DNA of 64,000 nt from Candidatus Gastranaerophilales bacterium (GCA_944322745.1 CALUPV010000006.1:3906-67905), one strand, 5' to 3'; numbered from the stretch's first letter, positions 37,204-47,551 are shown. The notes: a model not told the origin generated them from the sequence alone. Numbers and translations are program-made.

Positions 37204-37422
37204 ATGGAAAATATTCACAACAAATCTAAAGACAAAATTAGTGACATTATGTTTATTATCAGCAAAATGAATACTATTATGAAAATCCTTGATGAATTTA
37301 TTTACGAAAAAGACACATATTATAAAACTGATATAGAAAATATAATTGATATACTAAAGGAAAATTTTAATAACTTACAAAGTGAATTTATTGATTTAGA
37401 AAAAATTTTTGAAGCAAATTAA
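37204..37422 (+). CDS. Hypothetical helical protein (72 aa), divergent partner of the XRE gene
   Basis: Track ORF with GGAAGGAAAA upstream of the ATG. No family recognised. Confidence 0.45.
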   Translation: MENIHNKSKDKISDIMFIISKMNTIMKILDEFIYEKDTYYKTDIENIIDILKENFNNLQSEFIDLEKIFEAN

Positions 37423-37467
37423 TTATAATTCTTATCAACATTAGTTTTTAAAATCAAAAATGTATTT

Positions 37468-37657
37468 AATATTTTAAATAATTCTTCCACAGGAATATCA
37501 AGAGCTTTGAATATTTTCAACAATGTAATTTTCCCTCCTCTCCCTAAAATTTTATAAAAATTTTAAAAAGTTATTCCTATCCAAACCAAAGATAAAATTA
37601 GTGACATTATGTTCGTCATCAGAAAAATAAATACTTCTTGATGAATTCATTTATACT
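37468..37657. pseudogene. Collapsed second copy of the XRE / 72-aa cassette (both genes internally deleted)
   Basis: 37468-37570 matches the 3' end (..ITLLKIFKALDIPVEELFKIL on the minus strand) and the 5' end/leader of gene 36899..37117, with the middle missing. 37585-37657 matches 37225-37310 of gene 37204..37422, with deletions. Confidence 0.55.
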
Positions 37658-37660
37658 AAT

Positions 37661-37685
37661 AAAAAAAAGACCGAATAATTCGGTC
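37661..37685 (-). terminator. Intrinsic terminator (minus strand)
   Basis: GACCGAA-TAA-TTCGGTC at 37669-37685 preceded by A8 on the plus strand, which is a hairpin plus U8 on the minus strand. Confidence 0.7.
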
Positions 37686-38169
37686 AAACAGTTTACGAGT
37701 GAGAGTGGAATATGTATAGCTTTATAATAATTGTTTGAATATCTTTCGTATATTATCCGATTGTATATTTTTAGGTATAGCAATAATCACTCTTTCGGCT
37801 ATCCTTTTTCTTTGAATTTATATCCAAGTGTATTTAGAAAAATTATATTAAGATATATTAACAAAATATATATTTTATATCTACTTTTTAGCAATTTTTT
37901 ATATAAAAAATACTTTATTAAAGTGTGAGAGATGAATAACAAAAAAGAGAAAACTCAAACACAAATAAACAAAAGATATTAAGAGAGAAAAAACAAAGCA
38001 AACTAATCGACTACAAGATTGGATGGGAACAGGGACAGGAAATAGACAAAAGTACGCGTACTTAATTTTATTAGCAAAACTATTAAAAATCACATACATA
38101 CCTTACACACTTACCTTACTTACACACGATGGATAGTAAAAAAATTTTCTTTTACATTCCGAATTGTTT

Positions 38170-38194
38170 GGGACATATAATGTCCCTTTTTTTT
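38170..38194 (+). terminator. Intrinsic terminator (plus strand)
   Basis: GGGACAT-ATA-ATGTCCC followed by T8. No A-run precedes it, so it is unidirectional. Confidence 0.7.
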
Positions 38195-38227
38195 GTATAT
38201 TATTATTTTCTAAAAATTCCATTCACG

Positions 38228-38608
38228 CTAATGAAGAAATAACTTAAATATATAAGAACCGTATAATATCAAACCAATAATCACGCTTATCATTGCAACC
38301 AATAAAACCATGCCGGCAGACATATCTTTTGCCATTTCAACAAGTCTTGAATAATTATTTTTATATACGGCATCCAATGTAAATTCAATAGCCGAATTTA
38401 AAAGTTCACATACGAGAACTATAGTTATCATAAGAATAACAATACAGATATCTGTAGTTGAAAATCTTAGAATTAATGCCAGAACTATAGCAACAACAGA
38501 AATAATAACTTCTATAACAAAATTACGTTGTGAATATAATGCAAGTTTTAATCCGTGAATTGCATGTGAAATACTTTCAAAAACACTTGTAGACTTAAAT
38601 TTTGTCAT
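38228..38608 (-). CDS. dgkA: Diacylglycerol/undecaprenol kinase
   Basis: 126 aa, 3 TM. RNFVIEVI...ELLNSAIE...D motifs. Conserved position after ybeY. Confidence 0.85.
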   Translation of the reverse strand: MTKFKSTSVFESISHAIHGLKLALYSQRNFVIEVIISVVAIVLALILRFSTTDICIVILMITIVLVCELLNSAIEFTLDAVYKNNYSRLVEMAKDMSAGMVLLVAMISVIIGLILYGSYIFKLFLH

Positions 38609-39105
38609 AATAAAATTGCCTTAGATTTATTCTGGTTTTCAACCATAAAATTATAATCTTCTTCTGTTTGATGGTCGAATCCTAACAAATGTAATATACC
38701 ATGAGCAACCAGAAAATAAAGTTCATCATTAAATGAAACATTATTTTCCTTCGATTGTTCTTCTATTTTATCCAAAGAAACAATTATTTCTCCCAAATTC
38801 ACTTCGCCGTCAAAAATATATTGTTCTTCTTTTGGAGAATCCGCAAAAATAGCAAACGTTATTACATCAGTTGGAGCATCTTTTTGTCTGTATTCTTTGT
38901 TTATTCTGTGAATTTCTTCATTATTAACTAAAACAATATCAAAACAAACTGTATTATAGCTATATTCTTTCAAACACGATTTAGATATTATGGTTGAATC
39001 TGTAAAAATATGTTCAGACATCTTCACAATGTCTTTATGTATAGAAACTTCATCAATATCATATTGTTCATATGTATTTTCAAGAAAAATATTTAAGTTA
39101 GTCAT
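38605..39105 (-). CDS. ybeY: rRNA maturation endoribonuclease YbeY
   Basis: HGILHLLGFDH zinc-binding motif. Confidence 0.9.
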   Translation of the reverse strand: MTNLNIFLENTYEQYDIDEVSIHKDIVKMSEHIFTDSTIISKSCLKEYSYNTVCFDIVLVNNEEIHRINKEYRQKDAPTDVITFAIFADSPKEEQYIFDGEVNLGEIIVSLDKIEEQSKENNVSFNDELYFLVAHGILHLLGFDHQTEEDYNFMVENQNKSKAILL

Positions 39106-41209
39106 CTTTTTCCTGCTTTAAGTTTTCCTTATTTTGGATATCCTCAATGGCTTCTTGATATTTTATACGTTTATGGAATACACTTCTTAATACTCTTGAC
39201 AGAGTTGTTGCAATCACCTTTATATCCTTTAATGTTAAAGGACTCTCAGATAATTGATTGTCATCCAATCTATCTTTAATTATTTTATTAATTAAAGCAT
39301 CTAATTCTTCTTGCGAGTGATCTTTCAGTGTTCTTGATGCAGATTCAACAGCATCTGCAATCATCAATATAGCCGTTTCTTTTGTATTCGGTTTAGGACC
39401 TGTGTATCTGAATTGTTCTTCTTTTACATTTTCAGCACCTTCTTGTGCTACCGCCTGGTTATAAAAATAACTTGCAAGCGAATCACCATGATGCTGTAGC
39501 ATAAAATCTTGAATCACTTCAGGTATATTATATTCTTTTGCAAGTGATACTCCATCTTTTGTATGTGAAGTAATAACCATTTTACTTGAACGAGGGGTCA
39601 ATTTTTCATGCGGATTTTCTATACCGCTATATGTTTGATTTTCTACAAAAAATAATGGTCTAACAATCTTACCGACATCATGATATAAAGCTCCAACTCT
39701 TGCTAAAATAGGATCGGCACCTATTGCTTCAGCGGCAGATTCTGCAAGATTTGAAACTCTTAAACTATGTTCAAAAGTACCTGGAGCTGCTTCATGTAAC
39801 TTTTTCAATAACGGTTGATTATAATCTCCCAATTCTGCCAATCCAAATGTAGTAATTACTTTAAATGTATTTTCCAAAATAGGAATCATTCCCAAAGCAA
39901 ATACGCCTGAGAAAAATCCGTTAATTAATGCAGCAGCAATATCTTGCCCTAACCGGCCTAAACCTAAATCATAATATACACATAATATTATTAACGCCAT
40001 TACTATTGATGTATATAACCCAACTTTTATCAGGTCAAACCTTCTCGAATATTTTATTGTTGTCATTCCTATAATTGAAACAATCACAGATAAAATAAAT
40101 ACAGACATTGCAAGTGCTGAAAATTGTAACGATAATGTAATTATAGTAATCAAAGTTACTGTAATAAAAAATGATGTTCTTGGATTTAGAAAAACAGATA
40201 AGGTTATTGCAAAAAATGGAAATGGCAGTAAAAATACAGACCAATTTACCGGCAACAGTACAGCCAAAACAGATATAAAAACACACATAAATGCCACTAT
40301 TGACAAGTGCCTTCTGTTTATATATTTCTGTTCAAAAGATTTAAAATAATAAAATACAGAAATTATACCAATTCCGACAAGACCCAGAATACCAAGTACC
40401 CCTAGCAGATTTATTCTTGGTATGTTATATCCTGCTTTACTCAATGCTTCTTTCTTAACTTGTGTAATAGGTTCTCCTACATCAACAATTACATCGCCTT
40501 TATTAAATTTTACTTTTATAGGCGTAATTTTATCTCTTTCAATTTTTCTGGCTAAAGCAGTTGCTTCTTCATCTATAATCATATTTGGAACTATAACTTG
40601 TTCCAAAAGTGCTGTAATAACTTTTGTTTTATTATTCGTAGTATTAACATCTATATTTCTTCTTATGATTTTGGATAAAGTATTTTCTTCAAAATCCTTT
40701 TCAGTAATTCCTTCATTCAAAACCATATCCAAAGTTTTTTTCGATGCTTCAAATACATTATTCAAAACTTCATCGTTTGCATTTAAAAAGAAAGAAAAAA
40801 CGAAAGATTTTGTGTAATTATCGGGTATATCAAACAAAACTTCTAAATCTTTTTGTTTTGCTTTTTCATCATCATTATTTTTCCTTATTGATTTTACTTC
40901 ATCAATAATTTCAATTAAATTATTCTTTATATACGCATTATCAGCCGGAGAATATACAACCCCTACCTTCTGGGCAACTTCCCTTCTTCTTTTCTCTGTT
41001 TTTATTGTATCTATAACCTCAATAGTCCTTGGTGCAATAATCAGTTTTTTACTTGTATTATCTGAACCTGCTATCGGCTGAAATAATAAATATTTAGATA
41101 CTAAAATCCCTGTAAAAATCAAGGTAAATAATAAAATCAAACCTATATTCAATAATACTTTTGGAGACTTTAATCCCGATAACTTTTTATTAATATCAAA
41201 TTTTTTCAT
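39098..41209 (-). CDS. pgpH: 7TM-HD membrane phosphohydrolase (PgpH/YqfF type, c-di-AMP phosphodiesterase family)
   Basis: Extracellular N-domain, 7 TM, then the HD domain HSLRVSNLA...ALYHDVGKIVRP. Conserved pgpH-ybeY-dgkA order. Confidence 0.85.
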   Translation of the reverse strand: MKKFDINKKLSGLKSPKVLLNIGLILLFTLIFTGILVSKYLLFQPIAGSDNTSKKLIIAPRTIEVIDTIKTEKRRREVAQKVGVVYSPADNAYIKNNLIEIIDEVKSIRKNNDDEKAKQKDLEVLFDIPDNYTKSFVFSFFLNANDEVLNNVFEASKKTLDMVLNEGITEKDFEENTLSKIIRRNIDVNTTNNKTKVITALLEQVIVPNMIIDEEATALARKIERDKITPIKVKFNKGDVIVDVGEPITQVKKEALSKAGYNIPRINLLGVLGILGLVGIGIISVFYYFKSFEQKYINRRHLSIVAFMCVFISVLAVLLPVNWSVFLLPFPFFAITLSVFLNPRTSFFITVTLITIITLSLQFSALAMSVFILSVIVSIIGMTTIKYSRRFDLIKVGLYTSIVMALIILCVYYDLGLGRLGQDIAAALINGFFSGVFALGMIPILENTFKVITTFGLAELGDYNQPLLKKLHEAAPGTFEHSLRVSNLAESAAEAIGADPILARVGALYHDVGKIVRPLFFVENQTYSGIENPHEKLTPRSSKMVITSHTKDGVSLAKEYNIPEVIQDFMLQHHGDSLASYFYNQAVAQEGAENVKEEQFRYTGPKPNTKETAILMIADAVESASRTLKDHSQEELDALINKIIKDRLDDNQLSESPLTLKDIKVIATTLSRVLRSVFHKRIKYQEAIEDIQNKENLKQEKDD

Positions 41210-41368
41210 ATATTAAACCATTATCTTTTATTCTTATTACTTATTTTATGATTTTACAACAAGTCATATTTTTTGCAAAATTCGTTAAGTGTTTGAACTT
41301 TTACTTTGTAAATAATATAATTATCATATATTAAAATCCTCATTGTATCGTTTGGCAGATATTTCAGT

Positions 41369-44300
41369 ATGGACATAATAAAAAACAAATATATAAAGCT
41401 ATTATTTAATTTATTTATAATTATTTCAATACTTGAGTGTATATATCTTTTTGCTATTCCGCCAGTTTTAGAACATTTTGCAAATAAAAACTTTATATCC
41501 GGTATTTTTAATGCCAAAACAAACGCAAAACTTGAATATTCAAATATAAAGATAAAAACACATATAAAACCGCAAATCACTTTAAAAACAGACAAAATCC
41601 TAATCGCTGAGAAAGATAGCAGTGATATTTTTCTTTGTGCTGATAATATTGATTTAAAAGTAAATCTATTACCTTTAATAAGAAAAAAAATTAATCTTAA
41701 GCACTTATATGCAAGTAATATTCAAATAAATATTGAAAAAGATAAAAATGGAGTTTATAATTTCCGTAAACTTTTTCCAATTAATAATAAAAAAATATTT
41801 AAGATAGATTTCAATAATACTGCAATAAATATTTCAAACTATAAAATTTTATCTATAAATGAAGAACTTATTCAAGAGTTCGAATTAAATGGCAGACCTT
41901 TAAAAATAAGTAAACAGAAAAAAAATCCCATAATTCAAATAGAAACAAAAGGTCAATTAAAATCAGTTAATAATCAAAGTGATTTTGACATTAATATTCA
42001 AACTACTTATCCGTTTTCAAAAAAAGATTTAAAGAAAAATAATATCAAGGGTAATTGCTTTATATATAATCTAAACTTAAAACCATTGTTACCCTTTTTA
42101 CAAAACTATATTAATAAAGATATTACTAATTTTGACGGAATCATTGAATTTGTACAATTATCTGCAACAGAAACTGAAGACCAAAAAAACAATATTATTT
42201 TAAATACAAAATTTAAAGATTTAGTTTTTGATAAAAAAGACTGGGAAAATTATATTCTTGCAGCAGGTGAAAATAAACTTGATGCAAATATATCATTAAA
42301 CGGAAATAAAATATTATTTAATTCATTAAATTTTAAGGCAGAAAATGTCAATATAAACAGTAATGGCACCATTACAATAGAAAAAAACCCGAAACTCGAT
42401 ATAGAAGTTAAAGTATCAGATTCAAAAGCAGAAAATATTGTTCCATTGCTTCCACCCGGTATTCCACCCCAATACCGTACATTAGGTAAGGTCAAAAAAT
42501 ACGGTATTTTTGGAGATATAAATGCCAAAATTAAAGTACAAGGTAACATTCCTCAACCTGATATTACAGGTTATGTAAAAGGCAGAAATGTACATATTCT
42601 TGATAAATCAATTCATAATTTGCATAAAGGAACCGTTGATATTGTTTTTGATAAACGTATTCTTAATATGGATATTCTTGTTAATCTTTTTGATAACCAA
42701 AATGCCAAAATCAAAGGATATGTTTATATGTATAGAGACGGGATTAATAATGTTTCTGTTAAAACAACAGATAATATAGATTTTCCTTTAGCCCAAAAGA
42801 TAGTAGTACCAATAAGTAAAGTTTTCAATTTTCAACTTGGTCCAATTCCCGAAATGAACATTACCTCTGGAAAAGGTATAATTGACATTTACATACAAGG
42901 TTCAATGGACTTTGTTAATATCAATGGATACTCAAAATTTGATAATGCACGTTTAACCTATAACGGATTATATGGGGAAGTTATCAACGGAAAAGGGAAT
43001 ATCGATTTCAAGAAAGATATAATATCTTTTAAATCAGAAAGAGCTTATGTTAAAACTAATCCGTTAAATATTGAAGGTCGTGTAAGAATAAATAAAAACC
43101 TCAATTTTAATATTTCGTCAAGCAAAGCGGAAGCAAAAGATATGCTTGAAATAATAAATAGCAGTGAATTATTAAAGGATGTTAAAGAAGGTCTGGTTAT
43201 AATTACAAAAGCAAACGGTCCTGCTAAATTATTTGTCAATTTAACAGCAAAAATTGTACCTGTACCTTTTGGTCAACCACCTTTACCGCCTGACGAAGCA
43301 TTTGAAGATATGAAGGTCAACGGTTCTTTATATCTGATTGGTAATGCATGTAATATTCAAGGTTTTGATACGCCTATTGATGATATAAAAGGAATAATCG
43401 ATTTTACAGAAACAAAGACAACTCTTAATAATATAAAAGGAGTTTCTGGTACTTCCCCAATTATAATCAATGGAACAATTATTAATGATTTAACTACAAA
43501 AATTCCTGACGTGGATATAACAATTACGAGTAAATCCGTTAATTTAAAAGATACCATAAGATTTTTAACAAAATCGTATTTGTATCCTAAAAATTATCCG
43601 GATTTATCACCTTTATACCAAATAGCATCAAAACATGATTTGTTTTTTAAATATAAAGCTAAATCAGTAGACTTTATAACTGACAAAGCATATGCTGTAA
43701 TGAATTTTATTCCTGATAATTCTGAATCTTCTTTAAAAGCACGCTCAGGTAAAGTTACAATGGAAAATTCCAAAGTAAAAATTGAAAATGTTAATGCTTC
43801 ATTATTTGATTCTACATTAAAAATTAATGGTGAGGTAAAAAACATAGATACACTAAATCCAATATACAATCTAGACATAACCGCAAATAAACTAAATCTT
43901 ACAAATCTTGATAATATAAATAAAATAAATATTGTTCCGGATGACATTAACACCATATTATCAAAGTTTACAAATTACAAAGGATTTGCAAACATAGATT
44001 TGAAAATAAAACAAAATATTTTAAATGGTATTTTGAAATTTAATAAACTTCAATTTATACAAAAAGATAGCAATATTCCTTTTGTGTTTGACGATTTAAA
44101 CATTTATTTAAAAAATAACAAAATCCTTTTAAATAGTCTTTCCGGTTATATTGCAGAAATGCCGTTTTTTGGAAATTTCACATTCTCAGACATATATAAA
44201 GCACCTCAAATAAATGGTTATTTTACTTCAAAACTAACTGATGATTTTATAAAAAAATATATACCTGAAGAAGTTGGAAAAAGAATTGATATATCAGGCG

Positions 44301-45892
44301 ATATAAATATTTCGGCAGAACTTAACGGAAAAAAAGATAATCTGATTATAAATCCTAAAATAACTCTATATCCTGAAGCAGACGTAATGATTGATGGTGT
44401 TAGTCTTGGTGAAATAAGTGACAAAAGAGAATATAAAGGAAAAATAAATTTAAGAAATGACAAAATTATAATAAATACAATAGATTACATAAAATATATT
44501 TCTTCTCAAAATAATAAGGTATATCCAATAGTTTTCGCAACGATAGACGGCATACTGAAAATAAATAATAATATTATTGAGCCCCAAGAATTAAATATAA
44601 AGACTAATAAAAATTTATCGGCAAAAGTACTCAATATATTTTTAAAAAAGCCAATGTTACAGCAAGGAACCTTCAGTTGTAATCTAAAATATAAATATAA
44701 TAAAGCAACAAAACAAGCAAAAATCCAAGGAAATATGGATTGCAGAAATATAGATATACCATTATTTGATACTTTAATAAAGAATATAAGATTAAAAGCA
44801 AACGGGAATGACATAAATGTAAATTTATTTGGATTTATAAACGATTCTAAAATATTCATAGATTCTATCTTAGAAAATAATATATGTAATAAGATACAAA
44901 TTCATTCATTAAAGATAACAGCAGACCAAATTGATAATGACAAACTTCTAAGAAGTTTATCCAAAGCTCGTCAGTCAATAAGTACTAACAATGAAATAAA
45001 TAATGTTGATTTTTCAGGTATAAATGTAGCAAAAGGATTTCTGGATATAAAGAAGCTAATAATAAAATCATTAGTTGCTGAGAACTTCACAAGTAATTTT
45101 AATATAGATAAAAATGGATTATTTTCTGCTGATAATATTAATGTAAATGTTGGAGACGGAAATATTAACGGTAAAATTTCTTATGATTTAACAAATAGTG
45201 AATTAAAAGGTGATTTCGAACTTTCTAATGTTGATGCAAATTATGTGGCTGAAACATTATTTGATGGAGAAGATCAAATATATGGAAATGCCAATGGTAA
45301 ATTAATGTTAGATACAAAAGGTATAACAGAAGAAGAAATCATAAAAAATTTAAACGGTTTTGTATATTTTGATATTTCAGATGGAAGAATGCCTAAACTG
45401 GGATCTTTAGAATATCTTTTAAGAGCAAGTAATATTTTAAAAAGCGGTATAACAGGATTTACTATTAATAGTGTTCTGGAACTTTTAAATCTTGTCAAAA
45501 CAGGCTATTTTTCAAGCATAAACGGAAGCTGCACTATTAAAAATGGCATAGCTGAAGATATTGAGATATATTCAAAAGGAGAAAACCTAAGTTTGTATAT
45601 TCATGGTAAATATGATATAAGTAAAACACATGCAGATATGGAAATTTTAGGTAAATTATCAAGAAAAATTTCTACAATTTTTGGCACTATAGGAAATACT
45701 TCACTTAATACATTTTTTAAACTTATTCCTGGTATTTCAATGTTAGATTTCAGCAGAAAAGATTTTATAGAAGATGTAGAAAAAATACCATCATTTACCA
45801 ATGGAGACTATGAATCAAGAACTTTTCAAGCAATTATAAACGGTAATATAAATGAATCAGGATATGTACAATCATTTAAATGGGTGAAATAA
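41369..45892 (+). CDS. TamB/AsmA-like giant envelope protein (1507 aa)
   Basis: N-terminal membrane anchor LFNLFIIISILECIYLFAI, then a very long beta-rich Asn/Lys/Ile repetitive body. This size and architecture is typical of diderm TamB/AsmA-like lipid-transport proteins. The assignment is by architecture, not motif. Confidence 0.7.
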   Translation: MDIIKNKYIKLLFNLFIIISILECIYLFAIPPVLEHFANKNFISGIFNAKTNAKLEYSNIKIKTHIKPQITLKTDKILIAEKDSSDIFLCADNIDLKVNLLPLIRKKINLKHLYASNIQINIEKDKNGVYNFRKLFPINNKKIFKIDFNNTAINISNYKILSINEELIQEFELNGRPLKISKQKKNPIIQIETKGQLKSVNNQSDFDINIQTTYPFSKKDLKKNNIKGNCFIYNLNLKPLLPFLQNYINKDITNFDGIIEFVQLSATETEDQKNNIILNTKFKDLVFDKKDWENYILAAGENKLDANISLNGNKILFNSLNFKAENVNINSNGTITIEKNPKLDIEVKVSDSKAENIVPLLPPGIPPQYRTLGKVKKYGIFGDINAKIKVQGNIPQPDITGYVKGRNVHILDKSIHNLHKGTVDIVFDKRILNMDILVNLFDNQNAKIKGYVYMYRDGINNVSVKTTDNIDFPLAQKIVVPISKVFNFQLGPIPEMNITSGKGIIDIYIQGSMDFVNINGYSKFDNARLTYNGLYGEVINGKGNIDFKKDIISFKSERAYVKTNPLNIEGRVRINKNLNFNISSSKAEAKDMLEIINSSELLKDVKEGLVIITKANGPAKLFVNLTAKIVPVPFGQPPLPPDEAFEDMKVNGSLYLIGNACNIQGFDTPIDDIKGIIDFTETKTTLNNIKGVSGTSPIIINGTIINDLTTKIPDVDITITSKSVNLKDTIRFLTKSYLYPKNYPDLSPLYQIASKHDLFFKYKAKSVDFITDKAYAVMNFIPDNSESSLKARSGKVTMENSKVKIENVNASLFDSTLKINGEVKNIDTLNPIYNLDITANKLNLTNLDNINKINIVPDDINTILSKFTNYKGFANIDLKIKQNILNGILKFNKLQFIQKDSNIPFVFDDLNIYLKNNKILLNSLSGYIAEMPFFGNFTFSDIYKAPQINGYFTSKLTDDFIKKYIPEEVGKRIDISGDINISAELNGKKDNLIINPKITLYPEADVMIDGVSLGEISDKREYKGKINLRNDKIIINTIDYIKYISSQNNKVYPIVFATIDGILKINNNIIEPQELNIKTNKNLSAKVLNIFLKKPMLQQGTFSCNLKYKYNKATKQAKIQGNMDCRNIDIPLFDTLIKNIRLKANGNDINVNLFGFINDSKIFIDSILENNICNKIQIHSLKITADQIDNDKLLRSLSKARQSISTNNEINNVDFSGINVAKGFLDIKKLIIKSLVAENFTSNFNIDKNGLFSADNINVNVGDGNINGKISYDLTNSELKGDFELSNVDANYVAETLFDGEDQIYGNANGKLMLDTKGITEEEIIKNLNGFVYFDISDGRMPKLGSLEYLLRASNILKSGITGFTINSVLELLNLVKTGYFSSINGSCTIKNGIAEDIEIYSKGENLSLYIHGKYDISKTHADMEILGKLSRKISTIFGTIGNTSLNTFFKLIPGISMLDFSRKDFIEDVEKIPSFTNGDYESRTFQAIINGNINESGYVQSFKWVK

Positions 45893-45928
45893 AGCGAGGA
45901 GAAAATATATTTTCCTCGCTTTATTTTA
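45893..45928. terminator. Intrinsic terminator between convergent genes
   Basis: GCGAGGA...TCCTCGC stem (45894-45919) followed by TTTATTTTA. Sits between the tamB-like stop and the LTXXQ gene stop. Confidence 0.65.
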
Positions 45929-45930
45929 TA

Positions 45931-46614
45931 TTATTCTTGAGAAGGAAGATTTATTGGTTTTTCTGGCGGAATAGGTTTCATTTCAGGATTTTGCCTACCT
46001 TCAAATTCAGCTCTGCGTCTTTCCATTTCTTGTTTTTGTTCTTCTTTTATTTTAGAAAATTCTTGCTTTTGTTCTTCAGTTAAAACAGATTCGAATTTTT
46101 TCATATTTTCTTGTCTGTATTTATCAGCTTTATCATTTAGTATTTTTATATCAGATTTTAATTTTCCTATTTTTTTCTCTTTATCTTTTGGAGATATAGT
46201 ATTATCACGTTTTATTTTTCTAAGTTCATGCTTTTTTTCTCGCATTTGATCAAAAAGAGGTTTTACCTTTTCATGGTCTTTTTTTCTATTTTCTTCAATC
46301 TGTTTCTTTTGTTTTTCTGTTAGATTTAAACGTCTTTCAAATTCAGCCTTTTTAGCCTCCATTTCTGCCTTGGAAGGTTTCATACCTTTTATTTGAGGAT
46401 AATTATCATTCGGCCTTTTGAATTCACCATGGAAATAATTATTTGGTCCTTGTTTTATATCAACTCCATTATCTTGTAACGGAAGAATACTATTATTTTC
46501 AATCGGAACAGGTTTTGGCATATCCTCTTTTGATGGTTCTTGAGCATAACTTATACCATATCCTAAAACAAAAACCGATACAGCTAATGCTGTAAGAATT
46601 AAGTTCTTTTTCAA
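45931..46614 (-). CDS. Periplasmic LTXXQ-motif (Spy/CpxP-like) protein
   Basis: Signal peptide, then LNLTEKQKKQIEE and VLTEEQKQEFSKI (LTxxQ repeats). Highly charged helical protein. Confidence 0.7.
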   Translation of the reverse strand: MKKNLILTALAVSVFVLGYGISYAQEPSKEDMPKPVPIENNSILPLQDNGVDIKQGPNNYFHGEFKRPNDNYPQIKGMKPSKAEMEAKKAEFERRLNLTEKQKKQIEENRKKDHEKVKPLFDQMREKKHELRKIKRDNTISPKDKEKKIGKLKSDIKILNDKADKYRQENMKKFESVLTEEQKQEFSKIKEEQKQEMERRRAEFEGRQNPEMKPIPPEKPINLPSQE

Positions 46615-46627
46615 TTTTACGCTCCTT

Positions 46628-47119
46628 TCAGATTAAATCTTGTAATAAAATACTCAGTTCTTTGCGCGCATTAAATAGCCTGGAACGAATTGTCCCAATC
46701 GGGCATTTTAATTTAGTTGAAATTTCTTCGTAACTCATCTCTTGCATTTCATACATTATGATTACCTCTCTTAACTTTGGTTTTAATGTATCAATAGCAT
46801 CAATTATTCTCTTTTGTCTTTGTTTTCTTATTAACTCAGATTCAATACTTTCTTTATTATCTTTTATCTGGATTAATTCGTCTTCTTCAGTAACTGCATT
46901 TTGTGAATGTTTAAAATATGATGATTTCATATAATCTCTGCATAAATTAGCAGTTATTGTACTTATCCAACTTTTAAATTTACCGTTTTCTTTATATTTG
47001 TCTATATTTTTCCAGGTTCTTATATATACTTCTTGTTCTATATCCTCATTATTAGAACCTGTCATAGTAGAGATAATTTTACGGATGTTATTTCTATACT
47101 GTTCTATTATTGATTTCAA
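46628..47119 (-). CDS. ECF (group 4) RNA polymerase sigma factor
   Basis: Region 2: EQEVYIRTWKNIDKY...FKSWISTITANLCRDY. Region 4: EMSYEEISTKLKCPIGTIRSRLFNARKEL. Confidence 0.85.
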   Translation of the reverse strand: MKSIIEQYRNNIRKIISTMTGSNNEDIEQEVYIRTWKNIDKYKENGKFKSWISTITANLCRDYMKSSYFKHSQNAVTEEDELIQIKDNKESIESELIRKQRQKRIIDAIDTLKPKLREVIIMYEMQEMSYEEISTKLKCPIGTIRSRLFNARKELSILLQDLI

Positions 47120-47134
47120 AATTTTTCCCTTACC

Positions 47135-47488
47135 CTATATCTCTAAAAATCCATATTCATCAATAGGCAACCCCATTGTACTTAGATATGAATCCTGTGC
47201 ATAATTAACTTGAATAGTATAATTGTCATATACTTTATAACCGGTAAAAGCCGTAATACCAATAAAAGCAATGAAACAACAAGCAAGCTTCTTTATGGAA
47301 TTAAATCTGTCTTTTTGTCTTTTCTTTAAATAAATCGGAGCAACCTCTTTTACTAATTTAGAAATTTTAATATATTGTTCGTGTTCCTTTTGACAGTCAG
47401 GACATTGTTCTAAATGTTCAAAAAATTTGCCTTCGTCTTGAAAAACAAAGAAACCTTCGTATTTATTACATTTCTTTTCTTCATTCAT
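47135..47488 (-). CDS. Anti-sigma factor, zf-HC2 type, single TM
   Basis: HLEQCPDCQKEH (HxxxCxxC) and the TM segment LACCFIAFIGITAFTGY. Adjacent to the ECF sigma gene. Confidence 0.65.
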   Translation of the reverse strand: MNEEKKCNKYEGFFVFQDEGKFFEHLEQCPDCQKEHEQYIKISKLVKEVAPIYLKKRQKDRFNSIKKLACCFIAFIGITAFTGYKVYDNYTIQVNYAQDSYLSTMGLPIDEYGFLEI

Positions 47489-47551
47489 AGTGTTTTTCCT
47501 CTTTCATAAATTATAACGAAAAACAAATATAAAAAGTTCATTTTTAATAAT

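Noticed and set aside
37731-37928. 65-aa plus-strand ORF (MFEYLSYIIRLYIFRYSNNH...) in the terminator-bracketed region.
   Set aside because: It starts at TTG, is extremely Tyr/Ile/Phe/Leu-rich as expected from translating T-rich non-coding DNA, and has no RBS.
41254-41595. 113-aa minus-strand ORF upstream of and overlapping the TamB-like gene start.
   Set aside because: It overlaps the first 227 nt of a 1507-aa gene, has low-complexity hydrophobic composition and no RBS. It is most likely spurious.
45880-46083. 67-aa plus-strand ORF spanning the tamB-like stop and terminator.
   Set aside because: It runs through an intrinsic terminator and lies antisense to the LTXXQ gene, so it is spurious.
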